Shown piece by piece: positions 46,680-55,673 of a stretch of 64,000 bases of DNA (position 1 is its first letter; each line of letters opens with the position of its first letter). Under the pieces are notes generated by a model. The model saw only the letters and a program-made list of their open reading frames with translations, did no database searches and was not told the DNA's origin. The stretch is taken from IMG/VR virus record IMGVR_UViG_3300035688_000002, positions 36,803 through 100,802 of that record. One strand, given 5' to 3'. A program made the position numbers and the translations under genes. The DNA is from a virus.

Positions 46680-47066
46680 CTAAGCCTGTGTCGAGCTCTT
46701 TAACGAATCTGATTGACATTGACTCCTCCTCTCTATTGCCCTTTTCATGCTCTCAAGGAGCTTCCGGGCTCTGGCTTTGGCTCTATTTCTCCTTTTGTGT
46801 TCCGCAACTCTCTTTATTTCCCATGTCCATCTGCTCTTATCGACCCTGTCTCTCTTTGGTTGATAGAGCCATGAGACGAACTTGCCATTTTCATTCCTAA
46901 CCGATGACCAACAGAACAGATACTTCTTCTTGCCCCTGACTATGCTAAAGAAACACCACCGAAGGCCTTCCGGAAACTTCAGCTTTGAGGAAGTGTGACT
47001 GTAAGTCTCCTTCCCAAAGATGTCTTTAAGAGCCTTATTGAGCAAGTGTTCAATGTTGACTATCAC
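46680..47066 (-). CDS. Hypothetical basic protein
   Basis: GAGGAGGAG RBS after a promoter motif. Confidence 0.6.
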   Translation of the reverse strand: MIVNIEHLLNKALKDIFGKETYSHTSSKLKFPEGLRWCFFSIVRGKKKYLFCWSSVRNENGKFVSWLYQPKRDRVDKSRWTWEIKRVAEHKRRNRAKARARKLLESMKRAIERRSQCQSDSLKSSTQA

Positions 47067-47089
47067 TTTCTCCTCCTCTCACTATAATG

Positions 47090-47112
47090 ATTATCGCTTC
47101 CTCTCTCTTTTC
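47090..47112 (-). promoter_or_regulatory. Promoter-like motif GAAA-N13-GATAAT
   Basis: GAAA agagagaggaagc GATAAT CATTATA. Confidence 0.7.
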
Positions 47113-47145
47113 CGCTTCCCCCCGACAGAAGGTGTATCTAAGGGG

Positions 47146-47220
47146 TGGTTGGGGAGGTGGGAATCGAACCCACAATTCAGTGCTTCCAAGACACCGCGGT
47201 TGCCTAAACCTCTCTCCCCA
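47146..47220 (-). tRNA. tRNA-Pro(UGG)-like gene with atypical core and encoded CCA
   Basis: TGGGGAG/CTCCCCA-A-CCA; anticodon arm GGTGT-CTTGGAA-GCACT; T arm GTGGG-TTCGATT-CCCAC. Confidence 0.75.
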
Positions 47221-47270
47221 GCTCTCCATTGTTTAGTCCATCAGCTAATCCAAACACTCTAATAACAAAG

Positions 47271-47350
47271 GAAGGGTCAGTCCCTTTGAGGCCACTGGCA
47301 TCGACTCGTTTTGCTTCGAGCGTCTCCAAGCCCCTGGGAACCGACCCTTC
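47271..47350 (-). ncRNA. Long irregular hairpin
   Basis: GAAGGGTCGGTTCCC/GGGACTGACCCTTC with inner GGGGC/GCCTC and CTCG/CGAG. Confidence 0.55.
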
Positions 47351-47355
47351 ACGTT

Positions 47356-47769
47356 TCAAACCTCTGTTACAGGGCAACTAGCTAACTTCGCTTCGGTCAG
47401 AACGTGCGTCTCTTCTGCGTACTTCTCAACCATTGGCTGCAGCTCTATAAGAATCTCACTAGCAAACCGACCTTTTTGGACTGGGGCAACCAGCTCTGTC
47501 TGTCCCCAACTGTCTCTCAGCACCGCTGCAAGCTTAAGTCCCTGAGACGCCACTCTCTTTTTCTCTCTCAGATGCAAATCTAAGACAAGGTCTGCGAGAA
47601 TGCAGAAGATTTCGAGCCTCTTTGTCACTTCTGAAAGCCTAAACCTTCCTCTCTCATACATTTCAGCCCTATACTCTGCTATCTCTGAGTCTGTCCATTT
47701 CTCAAACCCTGTCTCGAACCTTTGTAATTTGGCCTTTCTGATATTCGGCCTTGGGTGTCGTGCTGACAT
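47356..47769 (-). CDS. Hypothetical protein
   Basis: GGAGGAG RBS. Confidence 0.65.
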   Translation of the reverse strand: MSARHPRPNIRKAKLQRFETGFEKWTDSEIAEYRAEMYERGRFRLSEVTKRLEIFCILADLVLDLHLREKKRVASQGLKLAAVLRDSWGQTELVAPVQKGRFASEILIELQPMVEKYAEETHVLTEAKLASCPVTEV

Positions 47770-47831
47770 TTTATTTCTCCTCCATATCTTAAATTAGGAA
47801 AGATTCCTCTTTCCTTCTCTCCATTATTCTA

Positions 47832-47854
47832 ATTATCACTGGCTTCCCTCTTTC
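47832..47854 (-). promoter_or_regulatory. Promoter-like motif GAAA-N13-GATAAT
   Basis: GAAA gagggaagccagt GATAAT. Confidence 0.7.
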
Positions 47855-48300
47855 ATGCCTTTGTGAGGACAGTATCCATAGTTACCAATAGCGCAGTTAC
47901 AATTATAGCAAAGCACCCTAAAACCAGAAGGATAACCATTCATTCTGAGCCAAATGTACAAATGCAAACCACTGCTTCCGCGTCTTGTTTTCTTGGGAGG
48001 CGCTTCTCCGAGAATGTGATCGATAGTAAGAAATTCATAGCACATCTCCCCACAGCATTCACATTTGGGAGGGTTTCCACCATAATGAAAGATGGCTTCC
48101 TGTCTAGCCTTCAATCTATAACGACGCTGTTTTTCCCTTGCTGACTCTAAGTTTCTGAGATACCAATCCCTCTCTGTTGCCCTCTGTCTTGCTTTAACTT
48201 TGAGTTTCTGCCGATACTTTCTCTTTCTAACTGCTATTTTCACTCGATGAGTTTGCTGATACTCCCGATGATAGGATTTCATATACTCTCTTCGATTCAT
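47836..48300 (-). CDS. HNH-family endonuclease
   Basis: Basic N-terminus, CECCG..LTIDHI..VLCYNCN..CPH. Confidence 0.85.
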   Translation of the reverse strand: MNRREYMKSYHREYQQTHRVKIAVRKRKYRQKLKVKARQRATERDWYLRNLESAREKQRRYRLKARQEAIFHYGGNPPKCECCGEMCYEFLTIDHILGEAPPKKTRRGSSGLHLYIWLRMNGYPSGFRVLCYNCNCAIGNYGYCPHKGMKEGSQ

Positions 48301-48337
48301 TCTGTGTTGGTTCCTCTTTCGGATTTTTAAAATAAGA

Positions 48338-48418
48338 TGGGGACAGACAGGTCTCTGACCTCCAGATCTCGCCTATCAAGCTCACTGGTACTCTCTAGCT
48401 TCTGAGTGCCTGCCCCCC
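48338..48418 (-). ncRNA. Small structured RNA directly downstream of a promoter motif, ending ...CCCCA
   Basis: GGGGCAGGCA/TGTCTGTCCC closing stem; CCAG/CTGG and AGGTC/GACCT arms. Confidence 0.55.
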
Positions 48419-48436
48419 TCTCTCTTCAACATATAG

Positions 48437-48459
48437 ATTATCGCCGATACGAAAGTTTC
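48437..48459 (-). promoter_or_regulatory. Promoter-like motif GAAA-N13-GATAAT
   Basis: GAAA ctttcgtatcggc GATAAT CTATAT. Confidence 0.72.
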
Positions 48460-48480
48460 AGGATTTTAGATGGTTAGATA

Positions 48481-48544
48481 GAGAAGGGCTCTCTTGATGA
48501 TACAGCTATGGAGGAGTCTAAGTGACTTTGAGAGCCCCTCCCTC
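48481..48544 (-). ncRNA. Small structured RNA directly downstream of a promoter motif
   Basis: GAGGGGCTCTC/GAGAGCCCTTC closing stem; loop contains TAGCT. Confidence 0.55.
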
Positions 48545-48557
48545 GTTCAATGTAAAG

Positions 48558-48580
48558 ATTATCTCAGGCGTGATTGTTTC
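48558..48580 (-). promoter_or_regulatory. Promoter-like motif GAAA-N13-GATAAT
   Basis: GAAA caatcacgcctga GATAAT CTTTACA. Confidence 0.72.
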
Positions 48581-48842
48581 AGACAGTGTTATTGGGATTC
48601 CATTTGGCATTGGCCATGTTTGTAGCAGACAGACCTAGTATGAGGATGCCTGCAATCCAGGAGGATTTATTGAAGAGAAGCTGCACCAGATTTTCATTCA
48701 ATTTCAGAATGGGCTGAAGATAGACACAGGAGTAATTTAAGACGGCCCATCCGATAGCAGTCCAAAATCTCTTGCTTTTCCATCGGCTTGGAACTGCCCT
48801 ATCTACTCTTTTATAAATAACTGCTTCTCCCTTTTTCTCCAT
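48579..48842 (-). CDS. Holin-like small membrane protein
   Basis: WKSKRFW followed by two TM segments; follows the fibre genes. Confidence 0.55.
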   Translation of the reverse strand: MEKKGEAVIYKRVDRAVPSRWKSKRFWTAIGWAVLNYSCVYLQPILKLNENLVQLLFNKSSWIAGILILGLSATNMANAKWNPNNTV

Positions 48843-48854
48843 CTTATTTCCTCT

Positions 48855-48941
48855 TTATACACCTATCATAATAATGTTATCTAAAAGAGTTGCGTGACCA
48901 TTTGTTTTCCAAAATTCGCCAACAACAGCTCCTGCCGCCCA
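48855..48941 (-). pseudogene. Orphan remnant paralogous to the last 28 codons of the 49232-50557 fibre gene
   Basis: WAAGAVVGEFWKTNGHATLLDNIIMIGV* versus GAAGATAGELWKTNGHLTLPDNVIMIGV*; preceded in frame by TAG. Confidence 0.8.
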
Positions 48942-48974
48942 CTATATATGCTAAATCAGTAGGTATCTGAATCA

Positions 48975-49163
48975 TTATTCTCTCCAAAATGCAACCATTT
49001 CTTCATACTCTTTGAGCTTCCGCAGCTCCTCTCGAACCAACTCCAAACGCTTCTCCTCGCGCTCCAGAGCCTCAACCTGTGCCTTACGACATTTCAACTC
49101 AGCTTTAACAAATGTAAGCTGACTAGTCAACTCCTCTATAGACTTTGTATCTGACATGGCCAT
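48975..49163 (-). CDS. Small coiled-coil protein
   Basis: Heptad pattern. Confidence 0.5.
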   Translation of the reverse strand: MAMSDTKSIEELTSQLTFVKAELKCRKAQVEALEREEKRLELVREELRKLKEYEEMVAFWRE

Positions 49164-49231
49164 TTTCCCACATCTAGATAATATCCTCCTTCACCTCAAA
49201 TTCTCCTGTTTCTGCAAGTTCTGTCTCCTTC

Positions 49232-50557
49232 TTACACACCTATCATAATGACATTATCAGGAAGTGTCAGGTGACCATTTGTCTTCCAAAGCTCTCCTGC
49301 AGTAGCACCAGCTGCCCCTTGTGTGGCACCAGATTTTGGAACCAATAAAGGGACTGAGAGATGGCCATAAGTAACTGTAGCAGCATCTCTAAACAGAGGC
49401 TTATTTGATGTCACGCCAGCAATAAAAATCTTTCCTATATCCTCAAAAGCATAGTCACCATTTGTTATCTCGATGTGTGTCCTGGTAACTTTTATCCCTT
49501 CCATCTGTTCGCCTAAGTCAATGCCTCTTGCACCGGTAGCTGAATCTGTAACCGCACTTTTTAAATGACACCCATCAAAAACAAGTCTACGATTTGAACC
49601 ATCTCCTGTCTGAGCACTTCCCTTCGAGATATAATCCGACTGATAAGACACGGACTTAATTTTTATATTATAAAATTCTGCATCATCAGTAGAATAAATG
49701 ACAATGCTATCCCCTAAAGAAGCCATCGCATTCTCAATACGGCCATCATAGAATTTAGCGAAACAACAGGCAATAAGCGTTCTGCCTAAGCAACCAATCC
49801 CTGTAGAATAAATATCGCAATCATTTAAAATTCCCGCTTCGCCATAAAGAGCGCAAGAATAGTGAGCAGGATTTCCTCCGCCTTGGCAGGAAAGAGAGAC
49901 CTTATCATATATCTTTTTCCCTCCATTAAAATTATACCAGCAAGTTCTGTTTGCATTCTCAGCTACATAAATAACGGAAAATTTAATTTTGCGAGTTATC
50001 ATACTCCAATTTGTTGGATTACCCGAAGCGTTGACAAGATAAACTAAATCCACACTATTCCGAACCTCAGTTATAGTCTCTCCTGAGCCTTCAATGTCAA
50101 TATAAGGAGTGTCAAAAACAAGCGTTGCAGCCTGTAAATATAGCCCTGGAAAAACTTTTATTAAAATTCTGTTTGTTACAGAAGGGGAAAGAGTCTTAGC
50201 GTAAGCGTAAGCCGCTGCTATCGTATTAAATTGAACCGCCCCGCTTTTTCCGCAAGTTACGGTTTGACCATAAATAGGAATAGCATCAGCGGACATATAG
50301 CCACTAAGAACTCCACCCTCGGGGTCACTTTCATGAGTATGAACTACAAGTCCCCCATTTCCGCCTCCCACTCCTCCTATAATCGCTGCTGGATTGAGCA
50401 TCCCGCCTTGAGGATCAGATTCATGGCTATGAATGGGCCAATCTAATGGGCCAGCGTCATACTCCACCGTTTGACCAGGAGCCACTTCAATTGGCTCCAT
50501 CTTTATATCGTAGATTACCTGACGAACTGATGTTTCGTTCTTATAAGTTTTAAGCAT
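49232..50557 (-). CDS. Virion fibre/spike with pectin-lyase-like beta-helix
   Basis: FNTI.AA..A..I.V.PG.Y..IEGSG..T beta-helix cap; HSH/HTH fibre motifs. Confidence 0.7.
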   Translation of the reverse strand: MLKTYKNETSVRQVIYDIKMEPIEVAPGQTVEYDAGPLDWPIHSHESDPQGGMLNPAAIIGGVGGGNGGLVVHTHESDPEGGVLSGYMSADAIPIYGQTVTCGKSGAVQFNTIAAAYAYAKTLSPSVTNRILIKVFPGLYLQAATLVFDTPYIDIEGSGETITEVRNSVDLVYLVNASGNPTNWSMITRKIKFSVIYVAENANRTCWYNFNGGKKIYDKVSLSCQGGGNPAHYSCALYGEAGILNDCDIYSTGIGCLGRTLIACCFAKFYDGRIENAMASLGDSIVIYSTDDAEFYNIKIKSVSYQSDYISKGSAQTGDGSNRRLVFDGCHLKSAVTDSATGARGIDLGEQMEGIKVTRTHIEITNGDYAFEDIGKIFIAGVTSNKPLFRDAATVTYGHLSVPLLVPKSGATQGAAGATAGELWKTNGHLTLPDNVIMIGV

Positions 50558-50571
50558 TTATTTCTCCTCAC

Positions 50572-51432
50572 TCAACCCTTCGTAGCGCTTTTCATTTCAA
50601 AAAAGTCGAACCAAACATAGCCATTGTTTTTTACGATTCCTTCAATATAATTCTCCATAAACAAACCAACCGCAAGCGGCCAAGAAGAAAAGTGGTCTAT
50701 CGCACAATAGTCAATCCAATTCCCAAGCCAGGTCACACCGTCTAAACTATAAGAGAAAATAGCGTGTTCAAAACCTGGAGAAAATCCACCAATGCGAATC
50801 CTTAAAAAAATGGGGAGGTTTTCTATTCCATCTTGGGCCAGATGCAAAAAAAGTTCGGAACTCGTAAGGTGCTGTCCATGTATAACGCCAACTCCATTGA
50901 AAGCTTCATGTTCATTTGCCAATGTTTTTCTTCTCACAAGCCCAAAATGGTCACAAAAACCTGTTGACTCTCTATTCGCCAAAAATATCCCCGCTTGGCA
51001 ATCATCCCCAAGTGAAAGAGCGCCGATTTTAGCTATAATCTCGCAAGGAATGTTTGGAAGACCTATCAACACTTTGGGAGCGTTAGCCCAGCGTGCATCT
51101 GGAACCGCTTCAGCTATTTGAATTTTTAAAACTCCGTTCTCTTGCTTAATTATTTTAGTATCTTCTTTTTCGTTGTCCTTTCGCCAAGCCCAAAACATAT
51201 CTCCAAAAGAAGGAACATCCTCGGAAAAGTTATCTCTGAACTCCACTCCTCCTATAATCGCCTCTGAATTAAGCATCCCGCCTTGAGGATCAGATTCATG
51301 GCTATGAACGGGCCAATCCAATGGCCCCGCGTCATATTGAACCGTCTGACCCGGAGCAACCTGAATCGGCTCCATCTTTATGTCATAGACTATCTGCGTG
51401 ACTGGCGTTTCATTCTTATAAGTTTTAAGCAT
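50572..51432 (-). CDS. Virion fibre with ConA/lectin-like beta-sandwich
   Basis: FRDNF..W, AGIF, FLRI, FSYSLDG.TW, VGLF, FD.F; N-terminal 63 aa shared with the 49232 gene. Confidence 0.65.
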   Translation of the reverse strand: MLKTYKNETPVTQIVYDIKMEPIQVAPGQTVQYDAGPLDWPVHSHESDPQGGMLNSEAIIGGVEFRDNFSEDVPSFGDMFWAWRKDNEKEDTKIIKQENGVLKIQIAEAVPDARWANAPKVLIGLPNIPCEIIAKIGALSLGDDCQAGIFLANRESTGFCDHFGLVRRKTLANEHEAFNGVGVIHGQHLTSSELFLHLAQDGIENLPIFLRIRIGGFSPGFEHAIFSYSLDGVTWLGNWIDYCAIDHFSSWPLAVGLFMENYIEGIVKNNGYVWFDFFEMKSATKG

Positions 51433-51481
51433 TTCTCTTTCTCTTAAATTGATAATATCTATTAATTCCTACTTGTCCATA

Positions 51482-52513
51482 TCAAATCGTGAACCTCACA
51501 ACAATCAAGACAGGTGCTGCTGTCTCAACAAAAGTACCCTCAGCAATTGTTGGAAATGGGTCTGGCCATGTCCCTGTGTAAGCCAAAACTCTATAATATC
51601 CACGTCCAGCCAATTCACTATTTGCAACAGCACTTGAAAATCCTATCTGAGCAGCTCCAGGAGAATATGCCGCAAGACCCTGCATTGTAAAAGATGGAGC
51701 AAGTTTTGTCCAAAAACATAACCAATGTAATCCAACTGCCAGGGCTTGATTAACAGTCAATGACTTGAATCCAATAGAGGTGCAGGCCACAGTTCCAAGA
51801 CTTGCCACCAAAGCACCTGGGAAAATATTGCCATTATCAGCATAAAGAGCAAAATCAAGAAGCGAGTTGGCTAGCGCAGTCGTAATTCTAAAGCCGATTC
51901 TGTCAATATTAGTAGCCTTAGAAATAATTAGAGGCAAAGCCCAGATAATCCCAGCATTGGGAGTGCCTACTCCTCCTGCCATCGTTGACCAAACAACAGG
52001 ATACCATCGCTCCAGGTCTGCATCATTTTTACGTCTATAGTAATGAAAGTCTGGCGGAGTTCCCGCAGCAATTGCAGGGTCAACTGTCTCGACTGCATCT
52101 TCGGCTGCATTAATCCTGAGAAGTTTAAGTGCCTGGTCAGCGTAGCTCTGCGGAACATCAGGAAGAGAGATAAACGGAGGCTGAGAAAACTCCAACCCAT
52201 CCTCGGATGCCTTCACCCGCACGCTCTTTCCTCCCTGATCAACGTAACTTGCAGGAACATCTGATAGGTCAATGAATGGAAATGGAAGCGTAAGTTGCTG
52301 AAATTCCAATCCGTCCTCAGAACCCTTTACACTAACAATCTTCCCACCTTGATCAACATAACTTCCTGGAACATCAGTAAGCTCAGTGAACTTATCAACT
52401 CCACCCCCACCTCCTCCTCCTCCGGTAATTTTTTCTATCTTATGCACAGACTTCCAATCAGCATCTATGTGCTGTCGAAACAGCCTAAAAAGAGAAGCAG
52501 GCCTCATCTTCAT
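51482..52513 (-). CDS. Tail fibre protein with three internal repeats
   Basis: 3x F..L.DVP.SY.DQ..K...V...ED.(L/V)E; poly-Gly linker. Confidence 0.7.
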   Translation of the reverse strand: MKMRPASLFRLFRQHIDADWKSVHKIEKITGGGGGGGGVDKFTELTDVPGSYVDQGGKIVSVKGSEDGLEFQQLTLPFPFIDLSDVPASYVDQGGKSVRVKASEDGLEFSQPPFISLPDVPQSYADQALKLLRINAAEDAVETVDPAIAAGTPPDFHYYRRKNDADLERWYPVVWSTMAGGVGTPNAGIIWALPLIISKATNIDRIGFRITTALANSLLDFALYADNGNIFPGALVASLGTVACTSIGFKSLTVNQALAVGLHWLCFWTKLAPSFTMQGLAAYSPGAAQIGFSSAVANSELAGRGYYRVLAYTGTWPDPFPTIAEGTFVETAAPVLIVVRFTI

Positions 52514-52514
52514 C

Positions 52515-55500
52515 TCAAACCTCCACTACCCTCTCCATTCTGAGAGATGTCTTTCCGCTTTGGGGGGTCTTTCCAATCTTAAGAATTCTAAGAGTCAACT
52601 CATTAGCCACTCCATCCTCGTTAAAGAACCTATCCCTGCTAAACTTTATCAAGTCTCCGGGAAAGACATCGAAGAGTATCGCTGGCAGTTCATCCTCGAT
52701 ATAAGGCTTATTAAGCAGAGCTAAAATCGACTCAGCTAACGTCAGAGCACTACCTGAATCTGAGTAATAAGCATATATTTCAAGCCCGTTCTCAACTCCA
52801 TACTTCCATTTTATCTCATCATCTTGAGCTTCCTTAAAGGACTGAGCTTCCTGCGATTGAGGATTTTCTCCATAATAGACCTTTACCTTCCAATAGATAT
52901 TGTCTTTTGTCCTCCGATGAGAATGTCCTTTTGATTGGAAGTTCCAAATATACTTAGCATTGGAGCGAACTGATACCTGAAGCGGTCTGAGTCCTATTCG
53001 CCCCTCTCCATCCTGAAGAACATAAGCCTCTGTGGAATGTTCAAGATTCCTATTTATCTCATTGAAAGGCATATCTTTAAGAATGAATACAGTGAGACTT
53101 TTAGTATTGGCATACTTTGTTTCATAAATCCAATCCGTATTCAGTTTTTCAGTCGGTAATCCAGCCTCCCCATTCATAATTTTCTTAAATATCTCTGCTC
53201 CGGTAACTATCGATTCATTTGCTGAATTCACTCCGCCAATAAAGGAAACGCGAATTACATCGTTTTCTGCTATGGTCAGTGTGGAGACAAAGGTAATGAT
53301 ACTCCTCTGATAATCAACAAAGAAGTCAGTCCCTTTTGTCTTTTCCACAATCACTCCGTTAGTCTCTATCGTGACCTGAATGACTTCCTTCGACCGACCA
53401 TCGAGAAAGTTATACTTGTTTCTAGTGGTATCAACAGGCATTGGCACGATCCCCGTTATACATCCCCAACCCTTCAAAATCTCCTTATCCACATCGTCTT
53501 CCGCAAGCGCCGGATAATCATTATGGCCCGGTAACGCCACTTTAGAGTATCTACTCAAGACTAAGTCCCTATCCAAGTCTTTAGTAACATCCCGTATAGA
53601 AAGTGTTATCTGCTTATCATTAATAGAAACATCAGAAACTATGGCTGTAAAGAACTTCTTGAATTGACTAAGACTGCTGTAGCTTTCTCTTCCCATATAG
53701 ATTCCAAGTTTTGCTCCTATCCAAGTAAAGACTGCAAACCTCTTATCGAAATAAAATTCTCCCTCACTAAAAGCATTGACGAAGGAAATCTGACCGCTCG
53801 ACATCTTGTAAGTCCCCTCATGAACTTCGTTTATTTCCTGACTCGTCCCCGGAATATTCTTCAGCGTAAGCCACGGAGGAAGAGTACAGAGACTATCTGC
53901 ATATATAAAATCTCTATTGGGAATTAAATGAGTAAAAGCGACTTCCATGAAATGGGTATCTGGATCAGCATCGTCTGAAGTATGAACGTAGAGCATTTGA
54001 TTGGAAGAATCGAAGTAAAAAGAGGAAGGAGTATCCTCGACTTTAGAAACAAAGTCCAATCCTCCTGAAACTGAGATATCATCAACATAGAAAGAGCTCT
54101 CCCCACCAGAACTTTGATCTTTGTAGAGCCTAATCCTAAAGGTAGAATAATCAGGATGGGCATCAAACTCAAACTCAAATTTTGTCCAAGCATCGGTAAC
54201 GTCAAGCGGGAAGAAATAGGTCGAGGCTGACCAGGTGCCGTCAGCTTGAAGATAAATATTATTCGCAGGGCTAGTTGTAACATAAAGCCTTAACGCAGAG
54301 TTTGCGGCAACCGGTCTTTTATACCAAACCGTAATCTTATAACGACCATCAGGAGTTAAAGTAATATCCTGATAAAATCCGATATATTCACCCTGTGTCT
54401 TAGTATATAGCTTACAGGAATAAAGACCGCCGTGAATCTCGACATCCTCTCGGGAAAGTATTGACACCGGAGGATTTGCACCGAATTCGACCCAATTTGT
54501 CATATCTGTTGAAGTTATCCATGATTCCAGCCCTCCATCGACTACTGCTTCCTCTTCCGAGCCTTCCGGTGTGACTTCGGCATAGTCTCCTCCGTCCTCC
54601 CTGACACCATCTATTTTAATGCCCCTCTCATTGGCAGCAAGCTTATAGGTATGCTCTCTACCACTAACAAGAGAGAATCCAGAAACATTCATTTTCAAAT
54701 TTATCTCGGCAATGTAAACAGGTTCGATATTTGGGTCTCTCACAAAGGCCTCAAAGTCAGTCTGCTGATACTGGGGAAGAGTAGTATCCCAAACGTAATC
54801 CGAAAAACCCCCATTCCCCACTCCATTATAAGCTCTTACTCGAAACCAATACGGAGTGTCCGGAGTGAGGTTTCTGACGAGGTATTTGAGAACATCGGAG
54901 TCCACGACAGCAATTTCCTCAAAGGTTTCTTCCTCACCATCTGGAGATTTCTCTATCCTATAACCAGTTACATCATATGTATCGACTTCTACCGCATCCC
55001 AAGTCAATCTCAATTGCTCATCACTCAGTTCAGTTATCTGAAGACCAATAACTTTATCCGGCAGGCTGTTGGCGGTGACTGTCACAACATTCGTATAATC
55101 ATCAGAATATTCATACGGAGGTTCCTCTCCCTGCCTTGCACAGACTCTATAATCATACTCCGTGCCAGCCACGACAGTCTCGTCTCTAAAAAACTCCATG
55201 TTCTTAGAAACTGTGGCTATCTCTGAACCATGATCCGCCAACCAGCTTCCTGAGTGCAGTTTCCTCTCTATACAATAATTATCTTCCTCAGAAGCATTGT
55301 CCTTCCATGTCAATTCTATAAAGTTAGAAAAAACAGAAGCGATAAGTTCCGTTGGATCTTCGAGTTCGGCAAAAGTTGTTTTACAATCCTCATTAGACCA
55401 ATCTGAGTAACCAGGCGGTTCAATCCATCCTCCTATTACTTTACAACAATAAAGGGTATTTGGGTCTAACCCACTTCTTTCATAGAATTCTGTATTCCCT

Positions 55501-55673
55501 GGTAAGATAGCGAATGGAATTGACCCGTATCCACCACCTGCTTTATTCTCCCAAAATTCGATAAAATGGTATGGATAATCTGGCGGAGCATTGTTCTCCC
55601 ATGTCCAAAGGATTTGCCCAGGAGACAGAACCAGACCAACAAAGTTGATTGGTCCATAAGCACCATTTGGCAT
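52515..55673 (-). CDS. Large tail-tip/hub protein with three Fn3 domains and an inserted carbohydrate-binding-like module
   Basis: Fn3 W...Y.IE..L.P.T.Y..RV.A repeats; DGGLE.W..QDI..Y.I..W..W...F..F.VDD.S CBM4/9-like segment. Confidence 0.75.
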   Translation of the reverse strand: MPNGAYGPINFVGLVLSPGQILWTWENNAPPDYPYHFIEFWENKAGGGYGSIPFAILPGNTEFYERSGLDPNTLYCCKVIGGWIEPPGYSDWSNEDCKTTFAELEDPTELIASVFSNFIELTWKDNASEEDNYCIERKLHSGSWLADHGSEIATVSKNMEFFRDETVVAGTEYDYRVCARQGEEPPYEYSDDYTNVVTVTANSLPDKVIGLQITELSDEQLRLTWDAVEVDTYDVTGYRIEKSPDGEEETFEEIAVVDSDVLKYLVRNLTPDTPYWFRVRAYNGVGNGGFSDYVWDTTLPQYQQTDFEAFVRDPNIEPVYIAEINLKMNVSGFSLVSGREHTYKLAANERGIKIDGVREDGGDYAEVTPEGSEEEAVVDGGLESWITSTDMTNWVEFGANPPVSILSREDVEIHGGLYSCKLYTKTQGEYIGFYQDITLTPDGRYKITVWYKRPVAANSALRLYVTTSPANNIYLQADGTWSASTYFFPLDVTDAWTKFEFEFDAHPDYSTFRIRLYKDQSSGGESSFYVDDISVSGGLDFVSKVEDTPSSFYFDSSNQMLYVHTSDDADPDTHFMEVAFTHLIPNRDFIYADSLCTLPPWLTLKNIPGTSQEINEVHEGTYKMSSGQISFVNAFSEGEFYFDKRFAVFTWIGAKLGIYMGRESYSSLSQFKKFFTAIVSDVSINDKQITLSIRDVTKDLDRDLVLSRYSKVALPGHNDYPALAEDDVDKEILKGWGCITGIVPMPVDTTRNKYNFLDGRSKEVIQVTIETNGVIVEKTKGTDFFVDYQRSIITFVSTLTIAENDVIRVSFIGGVNSANESIVTGAEIFKKIMNGEAGLPTEKLNTDWIYETKYANTKSLTVFILKDMPFNEINRNLEHSTEAYVLQDGEGRIGLRPLQVSVRSNAKYIWNFQSKGHSHRRTKDNIYWKVKVYYGENPQSQEAQSFKEAQDDEIKWKYGVENGLEIYAYYSDSGSALTLAESILALLNKPYIEDELPAILFDVFPGDLIKFSRDRFFNEDGVANELTLRILKIGKTPQSGKTSLRMERVVEV

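Noticed and set aside
48855-49318. Possible DGR template/variable repeat pair
   Set aside because: Mismatches are not adenine-specific, many are synonymous, and no reverse transcriptase is present in the window.
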